From a virus (lineage: Duplodnaviria > Caudoviricetes): a stretch of DNA of 64,000 nt. Below are positions 57,770 to 64,000 of this stretch, piece by piece (position 1 is the first letter of the stretch; each line of letters begins with the position of its first letter). Location: positions 1-64,000 of the IMG/VR virus record IMGVR_UViG_3300023070_000002. One strand, given 5' to 3'. Made by a program: the position numbers and the translations under genes. Under the pieces are notes generated by a model. It did no database searches and was not told the DNA's origin. It was given only the letters and a program-made list of their open reading frames with translations.

Positions 57770-58060
57770 ATGACAAAAATCCTTGACGAGGTACGGGCGA
57801 TAAGTTCCGATGCTATCGCTAAAAAACAAGACAGCGCAAAAGTTAATCTACCCCAACTGATTGAAGATATTAAAAAGGCAGCAGCGCTTGGAAAAACAGA
57901 ATGCATATTTAGGCAGCACGAAATCGACCAGTATGCAAAAAAGTTACTTGAAGCAGAAGGGTTTCGTGTTTATTCAACCACCCGCGCCCCTTTATCTTAC
58001 GACAAACTTAGTTATTTACCAAAGGAGCCGGAACCAGTTTGGCAGGTAACATGGCTGTAA
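57770..58060 (+). CDS. hypothetical protein
   Basis: 96-aa ORF. Confidence 0.6.
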   Translation: MTKILDEVRAISSDAIAKKQDSAKVNLPQLIEDIKKAAALGKTECIFRQHEIDQYAKKLLEAEGFRVYSTTRAPLSYDKLSYLPKEPEPVWQVTWL

Positions 58061-58066
58061 AGTTCT

Positions 58067-58465
58067 TTGGCGGTTGAGGGTTTTCCAGAAATGGGGGAGA
58101 TAAGAGCAGTTAGAGTGATAGGCGCATACCACTACTATGCTTCCTGTATGACTAACAATAGCAACCGCCAATTTTTCAAATCAAGTAACCACATTTCTGT
58201 AGAATCGTTAAAATTTAAATTCATGGCTTTATTAGAGCGAATATTTGGCAAAAAAGATTGGAAAACAGTAGAGGCTTTGAAAGGAGAATGGCAGTGTACT
58301 TCTATAATAACCGGAAGAGATTGTATTGATACGGCCAATTATGAAATCCAGTTTTCCCCTTCCAGAAATAGTTACCGGGTTAAAACGTCAGGGCTTAATC
58401 CAAAAGGCCATAGTGCTTATCAAAAAGCTATTGAGTTAATGAATAAATACGAATCACAACTATAA
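58067..58465 (+). CDS. hypothetical protein
   Basis: ORF; the true start is probably the internal MALLER. Confidence 0.5.
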   Translation: MAVEGFPEMGEIRAVRVIGAYHYYASCMTNNSNRQFFKSSNHISVESLKFKFMALLERIFGKKDWKTVEALKGEWQCTSIITGRDCIDTANYEIQFSPSRNSYRVKTSGLNPKGHSAYQKAIELMNKYESQL

Positions 58466-58506
58466 CCCTACCTTCCGATCTATTCATTTAATTTAAAAAT
58501 AAAAAC

Positions 58507-58785
58507 ATGGCACAAGAATTAAATTGGGAATCGGCTACTATTATCGGTATGGCTATGCTTAAGATAGAGTTTTGGGCGAGCCAATATCAAATTTCTTTTC
58601 AGTTTTGGGGCGAAGGTGATAATAATGTGTTCATCTATCGAGATCATGTTGAAATTGCATCTTTCGGAGGCGAATCCAGTCCAATTGATATTATAGAGCG
58701 CACAGTTGCTTGGTGTGAAAAATCAAACCCAAGTAAAGAATATCCTGAATCCCTTGTTGGGAAACAAATTGATTTACCTGACTAA
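58507..58785 (+). CDS. hypothetical protein
   Basis: 92-aa ORF. Confidence 0.6.
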   Translation: MAQELNWESATIIGMAMLKIEFWASQYQISFQFWGEGDNNVFIYRDHVEIASFGGESSPIDIIERTVAWCEKSNPSKEYPESLVGKQIDLPD

Positions 58786-58822
58786 TCAACATTCTACCCA
58801 ACCAATAATCAAACAATAAACT

Positions 58823-59059
58823 ATGACACCTAAAGAAAGGGCTCAATCACTAGTAAATTTATTTACGAATTCAATATTTGAAAGCGGATCATGTGTGTCT
58901 AAACCATTGGTTAAGAAATGTGCTTTGATAGCAGTAGATGAAATTATCCCTTCCACATGGAGTTTGGGATGGTATCAAGATCAAAATTATACATACTTGG
59001 ATGAAAGGCTAACAACTGATTATTGGAAAGAAGTTAAAAAAGAAATACAAGCGCTATGA
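58823..59059 (+). CDS. conserved Bacteroidota phage protein
   Basis: MTPKERAQSL...CALIAVDEII...YWKEVKKEI. Confidence 0.75.
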   Translation: MTPKERAQSLVNLFTNSIFESGSCVSKPLVKKCALIAVDEIIPSTWSLGWYQDQNYTYLDERLTTDYWKEVKKEIQAL

Positions 59060-59244
59060 CACCAGAACAAATAAAATTAGCTGAGCAAATGCAGGATGAA
59101 CTACACGCTAAAGTTGAAGATGCTATGAAAGACGGAAAAACATCCTATCAGGATTTTACAAACGTCTTTCTAATGATGAAAATCGCAGAACTTCAACAGC
59201 GGGTTGACGAATTAACTTTCCTTAATAAAATTCAATTATTATGA
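59056..59244 (+). CDS. hypothetical protein
   Basis: 62-aa ORF. Confidence 0.55.
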   Translation: MTPEQIKLAEQMQDELHAKVEDAMKDGKTSYQDFTNVFLMMKIAELQQRVDELTFLNKIQLL

Positions 59245-59374
59245 TACCCTTCTTACAAACAGCACTCATTACAAATGAAATTCCTTTGGAAGACTTCCAT
59301 GACCCAAAAAATGTGCAGGAAGAAATACTTTCCGAATTGGACGTTTCGGAAGGGCATAAACCTAAAATATAGAT

Positions 59375-59662
59375 ATGATACAAGGAATGTTTAGGGGCAA
59401 CAACGGCAACGAGATAGTTTCCCATTTGTACGAAGGAGATTTTGCCAACCCCGGGAATCCATATTGTTCTAACGGCTGGAATAGAAAATACTTCAATGAA
59501 AAAGGAGAATTGATAGATTGGCAATATTCTATTTTTAGGGGGCATATGTCTCCAAAAGGAACATGCGAAATTTGTCGTAGAAGATACTTGCAAGGACGCA
59601 AAGCAATATCAAAGCCAACGGCCAAGTATAACCGAAATAACCCTAATCATAGCATAATTTAA
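59375..59662 (+). CDS. hypothetical protein with a Cys/His cluster
   Basis: PYCSNGWN ... CEICRRR. Confidence 0.55.
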   Translation: MIQGMFRGNNGNEIVSHLYEGDFANPGNPYCSNGWNRKYFNEKGELIDWQYSIFRGHMSPKGTCEICRRRYLQGRKAISKPTAKYNRNNPNHSII

Positions 59663-59720
59663 TCACAATGAAAATCAAAGAATCTGAAACTGAAGTTTCT
59701 GAAGGATAAAAAATACTATT

Positions 59721-60479
59721 ATGCACGATCCACAAACGGTAGCCCACGAAATCTATTTGGGCAGAAAGAAAAAGAAGAATGGCTATTACCGATCCCCGTT
59801 AATAACTATTTGGCACGTTGACCCAGAAAAGCATACGCTTGGCACAAGGCGCGACGACTCTTGCGGGTGGTCATCCCCGCCTTATACAGAGAAAGAGCAG
59901 TTGATAGTAAAGAAACTTGCCAAAGATCAATACTATCAATTATTTTCAAAGAAGGTTGCATACGAGCAAGAAAAAAGCTATGCTTATATCTGCTATAATC
60001 AAGATTGCTTTGGCACTATTTACTGGATATGGCGGGCATTGAAAAACGAGTTTAATAAGAAGGTTCCTTGGCAGTATGGGGTTGGGTTGTCTAACAAGGA
60101 TATGCAGTATGTTATGCAGTTAGCCACAAACCCCGTTGATAATTTCCAATGGCACATGAAGGGAATAATGGAGCCAGGAGAGAAAGGATTGAAAGCATTT
60201 GAAGAATTTGTGATGCTATTATTTCGTGCCTTCCGTGGCTACTACCGCCCGTGGTACAAACACCCTCGCTGGCACATTAGGCATTGGAAAATCCAGTTTC
60301 ATCCGTGGCATAAATTCAAAAGGCGCTGGCTGGACAAATGCTGCAAGTGTGGGAAACGAGGGTTTACGGGTTCTGCCTATGGGAATTGGGACGGTAATCA
60401 GATATGGTGTGAAAAATGCGAAGAAACAACAGTTTATCCATCTCCTAAACCACCAGAAGGTAAAAACAAGCAGCAATGA
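59721..60479 (+). CDS. hypothetical protein with a C-terminal Zn finger
   Basis: CCKCG ... WCEKC. Confidence 0.65.
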   Translation: MHDPQTVAHEIYLGRKKKKNGYYRSPLITIWHVDPEKHTLGTRRDDSCGWSSPPYTEKEQLIVKKLAKDQYYQLFSKKVAYEQEKSYAYICYNQDCFGTIYWIWRALKNEFNKKVPWQYGVGLSNKDMQYVMQLATNPVDNFQWHMKGIMEPGEKGLKAFEEFVMLLFRAFRGYYRPWYKHPRWHIRHWKIQFHPWHKFKRRWLDKCCKCGKRGFTGSAYGNWDGNQIWCEKCEETTVYPSPKPPEGKNKQQ

Positions 60480-60694
60480 AGACGTTTTATTTAGTACTAA
60501 TTCTTTTCTTTACCGCCTGTGGTGACCCAAAGAAAGATAAAACCATTAAAGGTGAAACTCGTGGATTGTATGGATTAAGGATTGTTATTATCGAAGGATG
60601 CCAATACTATCAATTCAAAACATATAATACCTATTATAGCATATGCCATAAAGGAAATTGTAATAACCCCCAACATAAAATAACTCATCAATGA
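60476..60694 (+). CDS. small lipoprotein
   Basis: Lipobox FFTA-C; IEGCQY...HKGNCNNP motif. Confidence 0.7.
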   Translation: MKTFYLVLILFFTACGDPKKDKTIKGETRGLYGLRIVIIEGCQYYQFKTYNTYYSICHKGNCNNPQHKITHQ

Positions 60695-60993
60695 AAATCA
60701 AAGAAATTAAATTCGGGAATACGATTTATGTATTTGGTGAAGGACAGGAAAGTTGGCCAAGGTTTGAAGCAATGGGAGAAATCGGAGAGGATGAGGATGC
60801 AAAATTAGCGGCTAAAGAACTAAAGGATTTTGTAATGGAACAGTTAAAAGACTGTATGCCGGTTTACTCAACCCCATCCAAGCAAAAACCTAAAATGGAT
60901 ATTATTGCTTTGAAGCAGTACCAAAGAGCAATTGTTGAAGGCGATAACGCTACAATAGGCCGTTTAAAAACGCAGTACCATGTTGAGCCTTGA
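60691..60993 (+). CDS. hypothetical protein
   Basis: 100-aa ORF upstream of the exonuclease. Confidence 0.6.
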   Translation: MKIKEIKFGNTIYVFGEGQESWPRFEAMGEIGEDEDAKLAAKELKDFVMEQLKDCMPVYSTPSKQKPKMDIIALKQYQRAIVEGDNATIGRLKTQYHVEP

Positions 60994-61672
60994 TAAAATA
61001 TCAACCCTTGTCCCATATTCAGAGGATTGGTTTAAGCACCGCCTTGGCTATATGACAGGGAGCAGAATATCGGTATTATGCGCTCCAAAGGGTATTGGTG
61101 TTGGCGGGATGACCTATATCCGAAATAAGGTTTCTGAAGCGATAACGGGAGTTTCAACCGAACGGAATATAACGAACGAAGGTATTCTTTTTGGTATTGA
61201 GAACGAACCGAAATCACTAAAGGAATGGCAAGAGGCTAATAACATACCAATGCTGATAACAAACAAGCATATCGTTTTCGATGATCGATATTCTGTTACC
61301 CCGGATGCTTTAGCGATAAGAGATGAAAAGTTGATTTACACTAGCAATGGCGAACTTAACTGCGAAACAGTAGAAAGCAAAAGCTACATAACGCCTTCGG
61401 TTCACATGGCACACGTTCAATGTAAAACACCTGATGATATAAAAGCATTAAACCCTGAGCTTTTCTGGCAGGTTGTAAGTCAGGTTTATTGGACGAATGT
61501 ATTGAAGGGTTGGGCTATTTTTTTTAATCCAAATTTCCCTTTGGGAAGTCCTTACCGACGTAGCGCTGTTGAGTTTAGAAAGGTAAATATGATCGCTGAC
61601 TTTAAAATATTTGAACAACGCACCAACGAAGGAAAAACTCTTTTCGAAAGAGAACTAAAATGGAAACCATGA
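60980..61672 (+). CDS. YqaJ/lambda-exonuclease family nuclease
   Basis: EDWFKHRLGYMTGSR, GIENE, SVTPDAL, ESK, WQVVSQ. Confidence 0.85.
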   Translation: MLSLDKISTLVPYSEDWFKHRLGYMTGSRISVLCAPKGIGVGGMTYIRNKVSEAITGVSTERNITNEGILFGIENEPKSLKEWQEANNIPMLITNKHIVFDDRYSVTPDALAIRDEKLIYTSNGELNCETVESKSYITPSVHMAHVQCKTPDDIKALNPELFWQVVSQVYWTNVLKGWAIFFNPNFPLGSPYRRSAVEFRKVNMIADFKIFEQRTNEGKTLFERELKWKP

Positions 61673-61753
61673 CCTGCTCTATATGCTCCAGAATAATTGA
61701 AGAAGAAAGCCAATACTGTGAGATAACTGATTGTCCACATCAAAATAAAAGAG

Positions 61754-61960
61754 ATGACAGAAATTGAAATGATAAAAAACAGAATGCTAAAGTGGAGAGA
61801 TTTTTTCGGTGGTGATTTGTTTGATACTGATGCTATAAAGAAGGCCACTACTAAAGACGAATTAAAGGCTGTTCTTTCTCGCCACTCATCTCACATGGAA
61901 CAAATGGGATCAGATGCAGAAAGACATTTAATTGATTTTAAAAAAGAATTGGGACTATGA
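61754..61960 (+). CDS. hypothetical protein
   Basis: 68-aa ORF. Confidence 0.55.
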   Translation: MTEIEMIKNRMLKWRDFFGGDLFDTDAIKKATTKDELKAVLSRHSSHMEQMGSDAERHLIDFKKELGL

Positions 61961-62004
61961 CAAAGTATTGATATTTAGCGTATTTAAAAGTAAAAACCAA
62001 ATAT

Positions 62005-62229
62005 ATGGCATACGAAATAAAGAAAGTTACAGAAGAATTGATGCTGGGCAAGGCGTCAAGATTCCCGGTTTTAAAATTGGAAGTTGGAGAATATTTTGAA
62101 CTGGATGAAAGCGAATCAAGAGCAGTTAGGAGCTTTATAGGAAATAGTAAACAAATGTTATCTGGGAAAAAGTATTCAGTTAAAAAAATATTTGGTACGA
62201 ACCGTTACGTTTGCCTAAGAATTCTATAA
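62005..62229 (+). CDS. small putative DNA-binding protein
   Basis: SRFPVLKLEVGEYF...YSVKK...VCLRI. Confidence 0.5.
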   Translation: MAYEIKKVTEELMLGKASRFPVLKLEVGEYFELDESESRAVRSFIGNSKQMLSGKKYSVKKIFGTNRYVCLRIL

Positions 62230-62249
62230 ATCCATAACAACTAAAATAA

Positions 62250-63251
62250 ATGAGTAACGAACCCACAACCGTCCAAACGCTAAGCCCTGAAATAGTTCGG
62301 AGTAAGCTGGCTATTGCATTGTCCAAAAACGAACAAAACGTACAGAAACTGCACGATGCTGAAGCAACCTTAGTTTATAACGAAGATAATTTGCTTACCA
62401 TAAAATCCTTTCTCGACGAATGTAAAAAGGCAAACAATGTTGTAGAAGCAGAACGGGAGGCGCTAAAAAAGCCATACTTAGAATCAGGACGCGCAGTTGA
62501 TGCCGGGGCAAAGCTGATCACAAGTGAAATCGCTTTAGTGCAGTCAAAAGCCCAATCCAAGTATAATGCACTTTGTCAGGAGGTGGAACGAAAAAGAAAG
62601 GAAAAGGAGGCTGAAGAAACCCGCGTAAGAGGCATAAAAACCGCCATGTCCGAATTTCTTTCGCATTATTCAACCGCAATAGCAGGGGCTAAGACCAACG
62701 AAGAACTTTTAGCCATCGAACGGCTTATAAACCTTGAAACCGGCAATTCCAGAAAGTATGCCGAATTTCTGCCGGAACTTGCGGACGCCGCAAAAGGCAT
62801 TCGCAGCCTCTTGGCTGACCAAAAAAATAAGGTGAGGCAACTGGTGGAACTCGAAAAAAAGGAGCAGGAAGCGGCGGAAAAGCAGGATGACGAGGCTTTT
62901 TTGGAAATTCAGGACAAAAAAGAAGCGCTGGAAGCCTCAATAAGCGCCAATTCGATCAAAATTCAGGAAACTTTTGTCAACGCAGCCACGGAAGCAAGCC
63001 CTTCGGGTGATAGCGGAGCCAGCATAATCCTACCCGAAATTCCAAAAGGAGCAAGGCGCCAATGGGACTATGAATGTACCGACCTTGCAGCCTTGTATAA
63101 AAAAGCACCTGAGCTTATAGAATTATCTTTGAATAAAGAAGCGGTAAAAAAAATAATGGAAGAAAAGAAAGAAAAAGGGGAATTGAAGGATAGGGAAGAA
63201 ATTTTGTTGTTTGGTGGGTTGCTTCGTTTTTTTGTTAAAAAATCTTACTAA
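62250..63251 (+). CDS. coiled-coil recombination-region protein (DUF1351/Gam-like)
   Basis: VEAEREALKKPYLE..RAVDA; C-terminal WDYE..D...L...NK.AVK. Confidence 0.55.
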   Translation: MSNEPTTVQTLSPEIVRSKLAIALSKNEQNVQKLHDAEATLVYNEDNLLTIKSFLDECKKANNVVEAEREALKKPYLESGRAVDAGAKLITSEIALVQSKAQSKYNALCQEVERKRKEKEAEETRVRGIKTAMSEFLSHYSTAIAGAKTNEELLAIERLINLETGNSRKYAEFLPELADAAKGIRSLLADQKNKVRQLVELEKKEQEAAEKQDDEAFLEIQDKKEALEASISANSIKIQETFVNAATEASPSGDSGASIILPEIPKGARRQWDYECTDLAALYKKAPELIELSLNKEAVKKIMEEKKEKGELKDREEILLFGGLLRFFVKKSY

Positions 63252-63460
63252 GGTGGAGAAAAGGCATTACCATAGGTGGAACCTAGGAATAGACGAGGAT
63301 ATTTGTATTAACTGCGGTATTAAGCGAAGAAAAAGATCTATCATTCACGACAAATTACGGATGGTTTTTACCTTAGTTAACGAGTACTTTATTAATGGCG
63401 AATGGACAGCTAAAAATAACCAAGAAAACAAATTTTGCTCACAACATAAATTTAAAACAA

Positions 63461-63664
63461 ATGGCAACTAACAATGCAAAAAAAGTAATTATAGAAAAAC
63501 ATGTAGAAAGGATGCTAGAAGATTTAGGGAAGATGAACGACCCTATAGGGTGGATACCCGAAAACGCCACCGATGTTTTAACGGAAATATTCTGCTATAT
63601 ATTGTTATACGGCAAAGGAGTGGAAGATTATTTAGAGAAAAATGGGTTGTTGAAAGAACAGTAA
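63461..63664 (+). CDS. hypothetical protein
   Basis: Start moved to MATNNA. Confidence 0.55.
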   Translation: MATNNAKKVIIEKHVERMLEDLGKMNDPIGWIPENATDVLTEIFCYILLYGKGVEDYLEKNGLLKEQ

Positions 63665-63738
63665 CCCCATCAGCCAAGGAACAATAAATAACTGCGCTAA
63701 AGAAGCGTCCGGCACTATAAAAAATGAAGTGGGACGTG

Positions 63739-63815
63739 AACCCGGAGTTGCACTAAAACAATGTCGTAATTTGATTGAATGATTTAACTAGGGAAGTGCG
63801 CTCCGGTTATTTTTT
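63739..63815 (+). terminator. long-loop hairpin with a U-tract
   Basis: AACCCGGAG-TTGCACT pairs with AGTGCG-CTCCGGTT across a 40-nt loop, then T6. Confidence 0.45.
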
Positions 63816-63832
63816 AACTGCTTCAAAAGAAC

Positions 63833-64000
63833 ATGATGCGGCCACAGACAAGAGCAAAGACAATATCTGTTATACAACGCAGGTTACAAGGTAAGTCCCT
63901 CGCTGAAATAGCTGAAGAGGACAATGTAAGCATAAGGGTTTGCGAGACTAATTTATATTCGCTTCGGATGGAACTTGGAGCAAAAGATTCATTACATTTA
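63833..64000 (+). CDS. LuxR/sigma-region-4-like HTH protein, truncated by the window end
   Basis: QGKSLAEIAEEDNVSIRVCETNLYSLRMELGAK. Confidence 0.75.
   Translation, partial: MMRPQTRAKTISVIQRRLQGKSLAEIAEEDNVSIRVCETNLYSLRMELGAKDSLHL

Noticed and set aside
14509-63251. Numerous antisense or alternate-frame ORFs in the track (e.g. 19082-19561, 25013-25432, 37945-38421, 59222-59593)
   Set aside because: They are shadows of long, well-supported genes on the opposite strand, with no motifs or plausible starts
1-64000. Stop-codon reassignment as in some crAss-like phages
   Set aside because: Long genes are intact under the standard code, and TAG, TGA and TAA all end genes at tight junctions
1-64000. 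CRISPR array, diversity-generating retroelement, retron or integrase
   Set aside because: No repeat-spacer array, reverse transcriptase motif, TR/VR pair or recombinase motif was recognised

Overview
The window holds most or all of a dsDNA phage genome with a Bacteroidota host. The host call rests on TAnnTTTG/TTTG promoters, A-rich starts without Shine-Dalgarno sites, and signal peptides that leave an N-terminal Gln. There are three blocks. (i) 1-14.2 kb (+): many small early or accessory genes, including DUF3560, an N6-adenine methyltransferase, ASCH, NUMOD4-HNH, YopX, and several secreted or lipoprotein genes. (ii) 14.2-56.9 kb (-): the lysis cassette, an exported SGNH esterase and an exported tail-fibre-like protein, three putative ejection proteins, a crAss-related podovirus tail, capsid, scaffold, portal and terminase module, a GroES-like gene, a five-gene glycosyltransferase/methyltransferase cluster with a cupin nearby, then replication genes with an embedded IS1595-family transposase and a Cro-like HTH. 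(iii) 57-64 kb (+): small genes, a tRNA-like element with an 81-nt anticodon-loop insertion, a YqaJ exonuclease and a truncated LuxR-type HTH. No integrase, DNA polymerase or virion RNA polymerase was recognised. The best candidate for an undescribed system is a Sec-exported fibre protein with 16 Bacteroidota O-glycosylation sequons, encoded in the same genome as a glycan-building cluster. This suggests phage fibres that mature and are glycosylated in the host periplasm. All family assignments come from motif recognition by eye, not from database searches.
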